64,000 nt of DNA. It comes from Syncephalis fuscata S228 (taxonomy: Eukaryota; Fungi; Zoopagomycota). The notes beneath the pieces are model-generated. The model searched no databases. It was not told the origin of the DNA and saw only the letters and a program-made list of their open reading frames with translations. The stretch's first letter is position 1. Each line of letters begins with the position of its first letter. Shown here in pieces: positions 13,026 through 26,659 of the stretch. The position numbers were made by a program, and so were the translations under genes. The stretch lies in NCBI GenBank assembly GCA_025786725.1, contig JAHLTZ010000025.1, forward strand, positions 62,001 through 126,000. Reading direction: 5' to 3'.

Positions 13026-14299
13026 GGTTGCTAAAATAACAGATGGCTTGTTAGCTGTGGATTGATTAATACAAACTAAAGGTAGTTACTAATATAACAG
13101 ATTAAACAAAAATTGAGTGTGTCACACAACAAGAAAAGCAAGTGCAAATATGCAATTGTTTGTAAAATCAACAGACTAATAAAAAATTAATAAAATAAAT
13201 AACAGTTATTAGAAAAGATGGTTCCGTTCGCAATATGTTCTTTAATTTATGTCTGGAGCAATGTATTTAACGCTTGGGCTTGATTCTTCAAATCATATAT
13301 GCTCGTGTTGTATCAGCATCATCAAACAATACCAGTTTAACCGCTAAACTGCACATAATTAAAATGGTCTACCTATTCAGCCTATGGCCAAAGCCATCGG
13401 CCTATGCCCACAGTTTGTTTTAAGACGAGTTTCTAACAATGTACACTGCATTTGCTACTTGACCCCGCATCCTTCTGCACCTGACACTTATGTTGCAAAG
13501 TTGCTCAGTGTTAGTATAGCACACCTAGAGTTGACAAATATTTGGTTTGCAATATACATTATTTTTTTTATCAATTTTAAATGCAATTAAGTTGGCTTGC
13601 TCATCAATAAACAGTTTCTAGAGTGTAGTGTTATGCTTGTTTACAAGTCCATCAGTCTTTAAGACTAGGAGACTTTTGCATGTTTTGTTTTAAGCATGGC
13701 TAGTTTAAACCGAATCCAGTTATGACTAGTGAATGAGTAATGTTTTAAACTATTCTAAATGATCAATTACAAAACATTACTGTTCGTTGGTATATAATTT
13801 GCTATTTATATGTCGACTAGTTTTTGTACTTCTCGAGATGCCTTTTTCTATTCTTAGACTTTGCAACATGAAATGCCATGCAGTGTCTTTTACATCCATT
13901 ACGTGTGGCGTAACATGGTATATCAAACTTCAAGCGAATATATCGCCATAGCCTATGCTATAATGGCAATATCATCCATGCATGTTCTACAAATTTATAG
14001 CAACTATTCATTATATTCTCAAAATGCTTTAGTGAGTTGATATAGCCAAAAGTTTAATATAAATAAACCGCATTCAATTAATTGATAAAAATTTATCATG
14101 CATTCATCCTAGTATTGGTTTTTTATGACCATTTACCTGTCTATCGGCTGCCTAAAACGTTCATCTTTAAATCGTTTTAATAAATTATTTAGACATTTAT
14201 TTGTATTACAATATTATCATATATATAACATGCTGCATCATTTAATGTTATTATACAGTTCGTTTTTATAAATAATATATTAGACTTTAGTGTTTGTTT

Positions 14300-14720
14300 G
14301 ATGGCCAAATGGCTATTTTTAATAAAATTCAATCTATTGAACATGGAATTAAATGGTAAATGACGTTAAAGTTTAAAATACTCATCATTGTAGACTCATT
14401 ATCCAGCATGCATATACTATCTATCCACATGTATTATCTATCCATATAAATCCTTTCCATGCTATCCTACACTAGAGTATATTATTCTATAATATACTGA
14501 ATATAGCATATTGTTATATATTTTAATTACATATAGCTTGCTAAATAAATGAGATAAATGAGCCGAGATTCACTAATAATAAAGCTAAGACAAAAATCAA
14601 AATAGGTTTGGGTAGAGGAAGGCTAGGCGAGTATAAAATAATATATAAAATGATAAATATACGGTAAGAAGTATATAAAATGATGTGAAAGTTACAGTGC
14701 ATATAATGCAATAAGCTTAT
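14300..14720. repeat. Diverged, rearranged copy of the MITE-like unit at 54804-55632 / 59160-59990
   Basis: ggctatttttaataaaattcaatctattgaacatg...actcatcattgtaga.tcattatccag matches the unit end. 14580-14712 (tttgggtagaggaaggctaggcga...) matches 59630-59757. Confidence 0.8.
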
Positions 14721-15664
14721 TATTTATTAAATTTTAAGTTAAAAATTATCATTAATATGCTTAATATAACATTTATGCATCATGCTTTTGCCGCCATTCT
14801 TCTGTGCTTTTCAATATATGCTATGATTTCTATAGGCCATGACTGTAATATTTAGAAGGGAACGACACATTTGTACTCTATTTTCTTTTTTTTATCAAAA
14901 CCCCCGAATGACCAAGCTTACAACTACAACTGAAAATGCTAAAAGCGCAATTCTACTTTACTAGAATTTGAGCTGATTAGCATTAGACATTTTAGTTGGT
15001 GGTAGAAGATAGATCAGTACATGGAATTGAAGCTGCAAATCTGCGCTTGCTGCCAAAAGAAAAAATCCACTTGCATGATAGTACACGTATGCCACGCCTT
15101 TTGTGTTACATCATGCAAGCAAAGTCTAGAAAACTACCAATTGTCAATAGCTTTTATCATTGATTAAAAAAACACGTGTGCGGCCCGCCTCCCATTAGAA
15201 ATGGTGATACTAATATCAACACACCAACTAACTGTGCTGTTACCGTCAATTAACCAATTGAACAGTTTTAACATGACTGATGTTGCATGCATTAGGTGTG
15301 CACGTAGCGCGCGTGCATTTTGATTGGTAGTATTGCCTCATATGGACATTATAAACTAGATTGCACTAAGCTCTAAGTGAAAAATAGCAATTCAGCTATT
15401 GATTTGTCGATATAACTGCACGCTAAGAATTTATGTGATTACATTTTATTGGTACATGTTCTAGTTCAGCAATAAATGGCGCGGGAACTATCAGCGAGCA
15501 AGCTCGTACAGCTACATATTTAAATAGCGTATCATAAAAACATTTCTAAAGTAGCGTCACACTCATCCCATCACACCTTTTATTTAATCAATACACCTTG
15601 CTGCCTAGTTATATATATTCTTATACTACATACTATTCATCTAGCCAGTTATATAACATCAAGA

Positions 15665-15952
15665 ATGAAGCTTTCAACTTTCATCATATATACCCTTGCC
15701 GTGGCCTTTATAACCACTATGGCTATCGTGGAGGCCAGGCCAAACCGAATCCGCCGCGGCGTGGTCATGAGGAGAGCAGATAAACCAAAACAAGAAGGCG
15801 TTTCTAGCATCCTCACAAGTGGTCTACTTGCTAATTTATTCAAAAGCTCACCAAGCCTATCGGCAGCTCCAAAGCCAAAGCCAGAGCAAGAAGCTAGCAG
15901 CCAGATCCTTGATAACGGAAACACATTGAACAACCTTTTTGGTGGACTATAA
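15665..15952 (+). CDS. Small secreted protein (95 aa), candidate effector or propeptide
   Basis: Signal peptide MKLSTFIIYTLAVAFITTMAIVEA, dibasic sites RIRR and MRR, no intron, TATA-like tatttaaata at ~15517 and aataaa downstream. Confidence 0.75.
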   Translation: MKLSTFIIYTLAVAFITTMAIVEARPNRIRRGVVMRRADKPKQEGVSSILTSGLLANLFKSSPSLSAAPKPKPEQEASSQILDNGNTLNNLFGGL

Positions 15953-16377
15953 GACAAGAATCAATGACTTTAGGCAGTTTTGATGTATATAATACTGTTT
16001 GGTTGTAGCTAATCATTAATAAAAAAAGTCAGTATTTACAATCGTAAATGCTAGTTTGTCTTTATTATTATGGTATTTTATTAGTAGTAAAAATTTAGTT
16101 CAACTACTGATAAAAGTATTGTATATTTTACAAATGGACATTATAATATAAATACAAAATGTAGATAGAATATTACAATTTTATAATCGTGCTGTTATAT
16201 ACATATATCAACAGTAAAGCATTAGAAATAGCAATAATATTTAATTAATCTCGCAACTACTCTAACATTATTCTTCAGCATCTGTTAATTAAAACTGAAG
16301 GCAAACTAAATAATAGCACTTACTTGCCAATTGGTCCGTTTAATGATGCACAACGCAATACAGCATTAGTAATACTT

Positions 16378-17205
16378 TCAATCTAATGCGGTTTCATTGT
16401 CAAATTCATCAATAACTTCATTATCTTCAAACTTTTCAATATTAAGACAACTTAGTGATTTGCTACAATATATGAACAAAAGCTGCAAAATAAGAAGTAG
16501 GCATGAAAACATGTAGGCGTATGCATTTGTTGAAACTAAATAGCTAGCAAGTAGCTTCCATTGTAGATGCCCCAGTATATGTACATGATGCTCAATAAAG
16601 TAAAGACACTGAAGGAAGAAGCCATGTCGAGTGATAAACCAACTTATTGTAAATAGTCCAAAAAATATGTCTGCTATGCGATAGCGCCGAATATAGTACA
16701 TTATCTTTGCTGTCTGTTTAATTGATTAGTAAAGCAAACACCTTAATATTGATATTCTTACACCGAGAAATATTTCCGAAAAGTCTATGCACCAAGTAAA
16801 TGCAACAACCATAGGCGTGGCTTGAGCAAAACATAGTATTGCCATGAATGCAACAGTAACTACATGGTGCGTTATTAGTGCAGTCGGTGTTGAAAAGCGC
16901 ATTTCTGAACAAATTACAGCAAGTTGGACTAGCCAAAACACGAAAATACTCAAGCAATGCAGGTTTTCTTGTAGATCAATCGAGTAATCAAAACAATGAT
17001 CCCAAATAATTCCGCTATTCGATTGCTGTAAACGCAGAAATAATATGCGCATGCCATTTATGCAGCTGATGATATGGAAAATTGTTAGCCAGATTTGTGT
17101 TGCAAGCTGATTAGATCTTTTGGAACTGCCAACAATTGATTTAGTAGCAAGTGGTGTAGTAAGTATTTCACGATAATTACTCGTAATAGTATCCATGCCA
17201 GACAC
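16378..17205 (-). CDS. Divergent TLC-domain ceramide synthase (Lag1/Lac1) paralog; 5' end not resolved
   Basis: LITHHVVTV...CIDFSEIFL, an intron, then TAKIMYY...ADIFFGLFTISWFITRHGFF. Same intron position as the neighbouring paralog. Confidence 0.7.
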
Positions 17206-18067
17206 AGAGTACAGCCAAATAGTAGGATAAAATAATTGTAATTATAAAATAAGTAGTTATAGTCCGTGTTTTATCAAAGCATATTGCAATGAATATAGTG
17301 GCGCCAGTTGTTGAATATTAAACCAGTAGTATGCAGTTCCAGTAAGCAAAAAATATGCTAATGGAAGTCTAATAATAAGTAGCTATCTATAACGATAACA
17401 GGTAACTAAACAAACAAACACTTACACACTTCTCCTCGGCGCCAGTAATAACAAAACTTTGGGTTAATTAGCTCATTCGTCTTAGTAATATATTACAGCG
17501 TTGAATTCGACACGAAGTCCTGCCCGCCATGAAATACAAAAAATAAGAATATGTAGCGATTGGATGGTAATATTTAGCAACCTAATAGTTGGAATACATT
17601 ATTCCTCGGTTTCTAACAGAAAATGGCTTGGCAATACTAATGTAATTTTACTTATTTAAATAAAAGCGGTTGGATTATTCTCATATTAATGTAGGCCAAT
17701 AATTATTACTTAAAAACATGAATGATACCAACTTGGTAATGTGTAAAGTTTAGTACATTTTGTTGAAATCATAGCAGTTTTATAAATGTTAGTGTTAAAG
17801 AAATTATATAATAAAATTGACAAATATCTTAACTGTTATATCGTAATATACCACAACAATAATTTAAAGGTCACAACGATACTATAGCAAAATATAATCT
17901 GTGTATATTTATTATTTTCACTTAATTAATTAGACAATGAAATTACACAAACACAACAGTATATCATGTGAAATTAAATAGTCATCAGCTATCAACAGTT
18001 TGTAACTAAAAATGATTAAGATTTATTTGGTAATGCTGATTAATTGGGTAAAGTATATCGGTGAGTA

Positions 18068-19165
18068 TTATTTAGCAAGTTTGTCATTATGACGAGCCAT
18101 TTCGTCATCGCTTCGGCAGTCCTCCAACTCTTTGCTGCTGAATTTTTTGATAATGACACGTATTAACAGTCCACTCCAGTAAATACACATTATTTGTAAA
18201 CATAATAAAAGACCATAAAAGAAATAGTAGACGCTGGAAAATAGGTAATGCCCGGTAGCAGGCTCCCAACGAATCTTGTCTAATAATTGCGGTAATAATA
18301 AGCGTTATATAAAAATACGTTATAGAAGCCATGGCGAGTGGCAAACCAGCTTATAGCAAATAGACCGAATAAAACATCAGCAGTGGTATTCCAGCGAACG
18401 TAGTTTGCAGATTTTGCCATCTGTATACAAATAATTAGTATGAGGAATTACTAATTTATATCACTTACACATAGAAACACATCAGACATATCCATACACC
18501 ATGCAATTATAATAATAAATGGTGTAGCATGCGTCAGGTAGCAGCCGGCGATTAGCATGATTGTAACGACATGATGGCCCACCATGATGTTATGATCCTT
18601 ACGACGCTGCTCAGTATGGACGGTGATTAATTGTAGTGCCCAAAACATTAATATGCCCAGACAATGTAACTTTGCCTGCATGCTAATGGTCACATAGGGA
18701 AAGTTTTGCCAACTGATAAGACCGTCGACCCAGTCTAGATTGGTCAATACCAACCAGGTGCCGTCTATCCAACTGGCTGTATAGAAGATTCCTTGCCAGC
18801 TCTGTTCGGCAAATCTATCTAGTTTGCTGGCACTGTTTATTCCTTGCTTAATAGCCCATGGCCGCAGAACATGTTGCATCGCAATCATACGAAGTAACGT
18901 CCAGCCAAAAAACAGACTAATTAGAATAGGAATATCGCGCCATCCGTAGCCGTAGGTGAACACTTCTGTGGAAGCTGATGTTTGCGTTTTCACGGCATAT
19001 TGTAGTGTGTAAAATGGAGCCAGCGAGGATAGGCCAAGAACATAATGGCCAAATCCTGTGATGGCAAAATAAGCGATTGGTATATCTGTGCCACAATAAT
19101 ATTAGTAAATGATTTGGCTGAGATAATCTGTAATTAATACACACAAGTTTCAGCCCAGTTGCCAT
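18068..19165 (-). CDS. Lag1-type ceramide synthase (TLC domain)
   Basis: KLDRFAEQSW; Lag1p motif RRKDHNIMVGHHVVTIMLI...MDMSDVFL; exon 2 MAKSANY...FGLFAISWFATRHG...LQIMCIYW; C-terminal EDCRSDDE. Single-base frameshifts are present. Confidence 0.85.
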
Positions 19166-20036
19166 GGCTATGTAGTTTCCGTTGAAAAATTAATGCTTTT
19201 TGTTGCTTGCTTCGCGTAAATAATGCGGCAGTCATAGCGTAAAATGTATGTATAAGCGGCAAAAATAAAATGAAATTAATTTGGCAGTAGATGGCCACTC
19301 CATCTGACCGACTAAATAGGCCATTGTGTAGACGATTTGAAAACTACTACGTTATCATTAGCGCATGGATATATGTCCATATGGACCAAATCCATATGGA
19401 GTTCACGTGGGTCGACTGCAGATTCAAGGATAGATTTAAAATATATGGCTATTCGTATGGTCAAGGTACACACATGATATGTTTTATTGGCCAATTAAAA
19501 ACTTTTACTAGCCATTGAAAGTGGTGACTTACGACCACGTGGTTGGTTTACCAACTCGCATAATTCTACGCAATTGTTTGGCTTGTACCAAATACCAAGT
19601 ACAATCGATAACGACAATAATCGTGAACTCATCTTCTCCACTTAACATTGTCACATTTGCAAAGCATGCTGAGCAATGGTCAAAGGAGGCATGGCAGTGT
19701 AATAGACGTCATACAACATAACTAAATGTTTTATTTTATATCAGAATGTGTATGAAATACAATTTGAAGGATAGACACCTTTAGATTTATAGCTTACAGC
19801 TACATATCCTGTATAGTAAAAGTATAATACCAGAAATGTAGAATCAAACCTGTAATACACATTGGATCATATTTAGCGATGATTATTATCGTAACGCAAT
19901 CATGAGTAATCCAATAGATTCTTCAGTCATGTGACTCAAACGTGAGTTTTATAAATTAACAAGGATACAATCACGCACAAATCTACGTATCTGGCTTTAT
20001 GTCATTATCTTGTTACTACTGTCTATCAGCTCTACC

Positions 20037-21943
20037 ATGGATCCCTCTGAGAATCTCGTCCAATTCTGTACAATTACCGGCACAGAGCCAAGCCAGGCCG
20101 AGCGCTTTCTTACGGTGAGTTTTACGTACATCTACTTTGAAAGATTCGATACGAACTGTGGCGAATAGCTTGCCGACGGCAATTTAGAGCAAGCGATTGC
20201 CTTATTTATGGAGAATGGTCCAGATTTTGGCAGCGAATCTTATTCAGGAGGCGGCGTCAATGATGTATCGACTATGAATTCCACGCATGATCGTAACACG
20301 CCGTCACCGCCACCGGTAGAACCGACTGAAGCTGATTTTGAAGCCTCTGAGCGACTGGCCCTGCAATTGGCCGCCGAAAACGAATTAAGCGATACTGAAG
20401 AACAGGGCCCATCGATACTAACGCGTCGATACTATTCAGACCTTTTCACGCCACAAGGTAGGCATGCCATGCGGAAGGAGTGAAGATTAAGTATACTGAC
20501 TGACTGACTGACGTGACTCTAGACCAGCCGCAAAGTGTATTTAACCAACAGTCTGCACCATGGACGGATGTCCACACAGAAAAAGAATCCAAATTGGCCA
20601 AGCTATTTCAACCACCACATAAACTAATACACCGTGTTGACATGGCAACAGTGAGCATTATAGATATTGTGTTCTATCGGTTTTATTAATAGTCATTAGG
20701 CACGTATTAAAGCTAAACAAGAGCAAAAGAAAATTATGTGCAATCTTCAAGATTTATCCGTTTTCGCGTGTCAAGCTTTAAATCGCGATATTTGGAAAGA
20801 TGAGCAAGTACAAAGCCTTATTAAACAACACTTTATCTTTTTACAGGTAGATTATTTGTTATTTTATTCTTTTAGTAAATATTAAATATTTCTGTCTAGT
20901 ATACTATCGATGAACCAGAAGGTCAAGACTATCAAAGAGGCTATAGAATACATGAATTTCCACATGTAGCCATTATCGATCCACGTACTGGTAACTATCC
21001 ACTATAGTAATATTATCTTATAATCTATAACTAACATATATATATATAGCTGCCATTAAACGTGTATGGACAGATATCAATGATCCAAAAACATTTATTG
21101 AAGAAGGTAATGCCATATATATATATATATAAATTAACCATTATTAAATATTAACGTTAATATATTGTATTAATTTACTCTAGTTGAGGCATATTTATCC
21201 GGCAATGACAATGGTGCCACACCACCTTCAACAACAACAACACGAGTATCAAAACACACTACAGTAATTAATAGCCAGACTGAAGTGTCATTAATGTCAG
21301 AAGATGAAATGCTAGCTATGGCATTGGCCGCTTCCCGTGCCGATAGCAATATTACCTTATCAGAATCTGAAGATGACGATAGCACTACTACAGAGCAAGA
21401 TGTAACATCCACTACCACCCATACAGATAAAGGCAAAGAACCAATTTATAAAGATAGTCCAATCACCTATACCGGTAAATAGCACTATTACTAATCTAAA
21501 ATACCAGTATTGTATTAATATAATGATCTAGAGCCATTGCTACCAGAACCTGATGCATCACCTGACACAACACGCGTCCAGTTCCGATTTCCTGGCAAGT
21601 AACACACATCTATCATGATTATTATGATTATCTATGACGTACATGCATTTATATTAATTAACCTGTGCACTCTAGATGGACAGCGTGTTGTACGGAGATT
21701 CGATAAACAAAGCCGAGTTGCTCAACTCTTTGCATTTATTCGCGAACAATATCCCGACTATGGCTGCTCACCCACATTAGAGGTGTGTATCAATAGTCAA
21801 CGAGGATAACATTAAACAAATAGCCAACTATAACTAACCATACCTAATAGCTACGTGTCCATCTTACACTACTAAACACACTAATTGAGTCAACACTTAC
21901 TGAAGCAGGTGCAGCAGGTGCATCAGTTATTGTGAGCATTTAA
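20037..21943 (+). CDS. UBX-domain Cdc48/p97 cofactor (UBA-UAS-UIM-UBX; UBXN7/Ubx5-like)
   Basis: UBA-like QFCTITG...ADGNLEQAIALF; UAS FACQALNRDIWKD...FPHVAIIDPRT; UIM SEDEMLAMALAAS; UBX TRVQFRFPDGQRVVRRF. Confidence 0.85.
21595..21675 (+). other. Non-canonical GC-AG intron in the UBX gene
   Basis: cct g|GCAAGT...tctAG|at gga gives FRFPDGQR in frame. The nearby GT at 21599 would put the downstream exon out of frame. Confidence 0.8.
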
Positions 21944-22211
21944 TCTACCAGAATCCATATCACCGCATGGAACAAGAGACAAAAGGGGTCAAAAGAAAGT
22001 AGAAAGAGCGTTGTTATCACGCACCACACGTGATCACCAGCATGACCAATTTAATAATAAATTCTGTACGTCACAATGTCTAAACGGTGACGTTGTTATT
22101 ATCACAGCCATATTGCTTCTTTCTTCTACTAGTTCATTCCTTTTGTGTGTGTGTTTTCCCTTCATTCCTACCATCATCTTTTGAGTTGTTTATTGTTTCT
22201 ATCTTTTAAGC

Positions 22212-24481
22212 ATGGTAAATATAGAAATATACTGTATAGATGCTGGTTGTATGCTCATCATGATTATACATTATGTTTATGCTTTGTAGAGTTCAGCTAT
22301 TCGTATCAATCCCGAGGAACTATACACTCGGCATCAACGTATTGGTAGTGGATTTGGTAGAGCAGTGTATACAGCGAGTATTAAACTAATATGACGGCTA
22401 TTTAGGAAAGGGTTCTTTTGGTGAAGTATATAAAGGGTAACTAGTACTACACAGCATTATCGATATGTATTAATGCTATGGTTATTGCCATTGCTATTTA
22501 GAACCGAAGTGGCGACTGGTAAGACAGTGGCTATTAAAGTAATTGATCTTGAAAGCGCCGAAGATGAGATTGAAGATATTCAGCTAGAGATCAGTATTCT
22601 ATCTCAGCTTGATTCGCCGTATATGACCAAGTAGGATAGTGTTATAGCTATTATTAACAACATTTAACTTATTGTTGTTACTAGATATTCCGGTGCTTTT
22701 CTTAATTCAAGTAACTTATGGATTGTCATGGAATATTGCTCTGGTGGCTCATGTGCCGATCTAGTAAGTAGCTTTTGCTTTGTATCCAAACAGTATTAAA
22801 CCGAAATAGATGCAACCAGGCGTATTCGATGAAACCTATATTGCTATTATTATGCGGGAAATGCTATTAGGACTCAAGTATTTACATGGAGAGGGCAAGC
22901 TGCATAGAGGTATGACAGTATAACATTAATTAGCTACTATATACTAATATATAATTAATAATAGATATTAAAGGTATGCTGAAAATGTGTAATTATTGTA
23001 CAAATTAGTAAATTAATGTTCCTATTATTAGCGGCAATATCTTACTTACTCATGATGGACAAGGTAAGCTGATAATTGCTATTAATTATTACGTTTAATT
23101 AACAAATGATATGATTAGTAAAAATGGCAGATTTTGGTGTATCAGGTCAATTAACAGCTACTATGAGTAAGCGTAATACATTTGTGGGTACACCGGTAAG
23201 TACATTTTATTACTTACACAGTTTGATTAGTTAACAAACACAACTTAGTTTTGGATGTCACCTGAAGTGATTAAACAGTCTGGCTACGACCATAGGGTAA
23301 GTGAATGGTTTTTTACTAGTATTAATTGCTAATAAATGTTATATTATTAATATATAGGCCGATATTTGGTCATTAGGCATTACAGCCATTGAAATGGCCA
23401 AGGGAGAGCCTCCTTATGCCGATATACACCCAATGAAAGTACTATTTCTTATTCCCAAAAACTCACCTCCTCGTTTGGAAGGCCCATTCTCTCGTGCATT
23501 TAAAGAGTTTGTCGATTTATGTTTACAAAAAGATCCTAATCAAGTAAGTTTATTATTAGAATAGTAGTGGTGGTAGGATTATTAAACTTGTAATTTAAAT
23601 AGAGACCATCGGCCGATGAGTTATTGAAACATCGATTTATTCGTGCAGCCAAGAAAACATCCTATTTAATCGAGTTAATTGATCGCTATAACGAATGGAA
23701 GTCAAAAGATGGTAACAAGGCATATTCAGATATGGATCATCCACAACATAAAAAGAAGCAAACGTAAGTGTAATTTAGTAATATTGTTATTAACACTAAT
23801 TAATATAACGATTATAATAGTGAAGCTCAAAATGACGTTGAATGGGAATTCGATACAATTAAACCAACAGCTACTCCGCCACCTGTACCACGTTCAACTA
23901 AGCCAATATCATCTTCTTCAGCTCATCACGAGAATGCTGCATTAGCCACACCGCCTATACGTTCTACTTCTATTCAACCACCTTCTTCAGAAGCGGAAGG
24001 CATTGTTTCTCCTACCACAACTGCATTCTCTATTATTAAAGAGGAAAAGCCTCCCAGTGAACCTAGTGCACCTAAAACACCAGTGGCGGCCGTTAAAGCA
24101 CACGATATTCGCCCAGTAAGTCGGTCTTTATTATATACGTAGCTATTCCAACTAATGCTATTCATATCGCAATAATATATAGACTCGAAGCAGTAATCTT
24201 GGTTCACAACAAAGTACAGCAGCAATGTACAACAAAATGCCATGGAACTTATTGTTGAACCGGTGCTTGACCAGGTAAGCATTAGTGTAGATAGAATAGC
24301 GTTGAGTAATAGTATTATTAAACTACTTTTATTATAGCTTCGTGTTAAGAGTGGCAATATGGAAGCACGTCGTGCATTACTTGAGTTACGAAGTGCATTT
24401 GCCAAGGTGGAACGATTGCAACCGGGTACACTTAATGAAATGATCCGTCAAATGATCTACAAATACTCGGAATGCATGTAG
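22212..24481 (+). CDS. STE20-family GCK-III Ser/Thr kinase (MST3/STK24-25-like)
   Basis: [23 protein letters not shown]; [22 protein letters not shown]; HRDIK; [38 protein letters not shown]; C-terminal helical [15 protein letters not shown]. Confidence 0.9.
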
Positions 24482-24693
24482 ATTGTTTAGTATTTCCTTA
24501 TTTGATTCTTCATTTATTACGCTACCCAACAAGTTCTTTAACGATGGTTCATTTATCCACTACTACTACTACTACTACTTATCTCTAACTTCATTCTCAT
24601 TTATTGATTTATGCTTTTATTCATAACAACAACAACAACACCAATATCGCTGTTCTTTCCATCTTTCCATCATTCATTTGATAAAAAAGATAC

Positions 24694-26392
24694 TTAGCGC
24701 CTTTTGCTTTTACCACCCCGTCGCGAAGCATTTGGATTACGTCGGCCATGGCCAATGGCGGGCATTGAGTTCTTGGAGGTGCGTCCACTATCGCCCTGCA
24801 GCATAGCCGGGATATAGTCAGGATCAAATAAATCTTGGTGGCCTTTTCGCCGATTACGATGAACTGCTATCTGATAAGCACGTTCATCTTCACATAAAAT
24901 AAGATCATTATTATGTTTACCACCTTGCGGTTTAGAAATATTGTACTGAAGTTATGGTTGTCAATTAGATGTTTAAATAAGTGAATCCGTAATAGTATTT
25001 ACTATAGTGTATTTACCTTTGTACCACGTATATTATATTGAAAATTATCCTTTAAATAGACACATAAATTGCCTTGTTTATCAAGTCCAGCGGATACTCT
25101 TAACAGTGTATTATTACCACAACTTGGACAGAATTGTTTTTCCATATCTGTAGTAATTCTAGTAATAATATTAGTATTGGTTTTAATAACAATAATCTAC
25201 TTACTTGTAACATGCATGACAGCGTAGAACCCATGTCTTTACTTGTTTAATTACCATACCATCCATAGACATTAAATGTAATCCCATCTGTATAACTACA
25301 TTCTGCATAGCAAAATCAGCGGTCATACAAGCCACATCGACCTTTTGAGCATCACGACTACTATTGGAGTCAAGTCCTTGATCACGTCGTTTATGTTGTT
25401 CCAAGTTATCGGGTGTAATCCACTCGCCATCACTATCTGTATCGTCATCGTCGCTATTCTTTTTTACCACCTTGGGTTTATTCTTTGTGGCCAGTTATTG
25501 CGTTGTTTATTATTAGATGCAATGACCGGTGTAGCATCCATAGGCTGTTGAAGTGGAGAAGTAGTATTTGGTGTTACAGGTTCTGCCACTTCTTCTGTTG
25601 AGTCTTCCGATAGCTGTTCAGTAGACTGTATCTCTACTGGTGCATCCTTTACTGCCGATTCAGTATCTAGTTGCTGTGTAGCGTTATTGTCATTAATACT
25701 AAGCTGTTCAATATTATTGACTACTTCATCAACAGCTGTTTGCTCTACTTTCTGATTATTGACCATTGTTGATTTTGGTGCAAGTGTTGTTTTGGTGGCT
25801 GGTTGAGTCTTTTTGGCCATCATATTTTGTGGTGTATTTAATCGTTTACCACTTGAATAAATAATAGGATTCTTGGTATTGGCCATGGCTGTACGCGATT
25901 CTGGCGTTGTCTTTAAATGAGCCACACCATTGCGTTCCTTTTCAAGTGTATATGCCAATGCCATTACTTTAATATCGGTCATTGATAGAGCGGCAAAGTC
26001 ACCTGTCAATTTAGAAAAGTTGATTACTGCCATAGTAGTAATAGTAATAGTAGAAGCGTCATAGTATTAGATTCGTTATACATTTCACTTATTAAAGCTA
26101 AACTTACTGGCATACATTGCCTCTTCGGTTGGTTGCCGTATAGTGAGCTGTACATTGTCAAGAACTGCTCGTGATTTCTTATCTTTTACTTCAGCAATGA
26201 CTTCAGGAATAGTAAACAACTTATTGGCTACTCGATGTAGATTGTGGCCAGATACAAGTGGCCCCGTATCAACTACTAAGTAATCGGCATTGCCACAAAT
26301 GCTTTGAGCACCTGTAGTAGTAGTAGTAGAGCAGGAGTAGTAGTACTTGTAGTACTCGTAGTACTGGCAGTAATAGTAGAGTACGACAACAT
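24694..26392 (-). CDS. NOB1: 20S pre-rRNA endonuclease NOB1 (PIN domain + zinc ribbon)
   Basis: LVVDTGPL; FTIPEVIAEVKDK; FSKLTGDFAALSMTDIKVMALAY; DGEWITPDN; ACMTADFAMQNV; WVLRCHACYK; FCPSCGNNTLLRVS. Confidence 0.92.
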
Positions 26393-26659
26393 ATCAATAA
26401 AAGTAAAGTGTTTTTTATTTTTTATTTTATTTTTTATTATCAATTAACTAATTGACTAATTGACTGTCTCTAATTTATGTCTATTGATTGATATTAACGT
26501 TCGGCAATGATTGCCGATATTTATTCAAAATACACCCAGTTTATATACACATACGGTCACACACTCACTATCTGTACACGCACACAACTAACTTGCTCTC
26601 TTACTCTATCTATCTCTATCTATCTCTATCTCTCTTCTTTATTTATCACGTCTACTGCA

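Noticed and set aside
19961-19969. GTATCCTT (U12 GT-type donor) on the minus strand
   Set aside because: Intergenic promoter region between the Lag1 and UBX genes; no exon context or branch site found.
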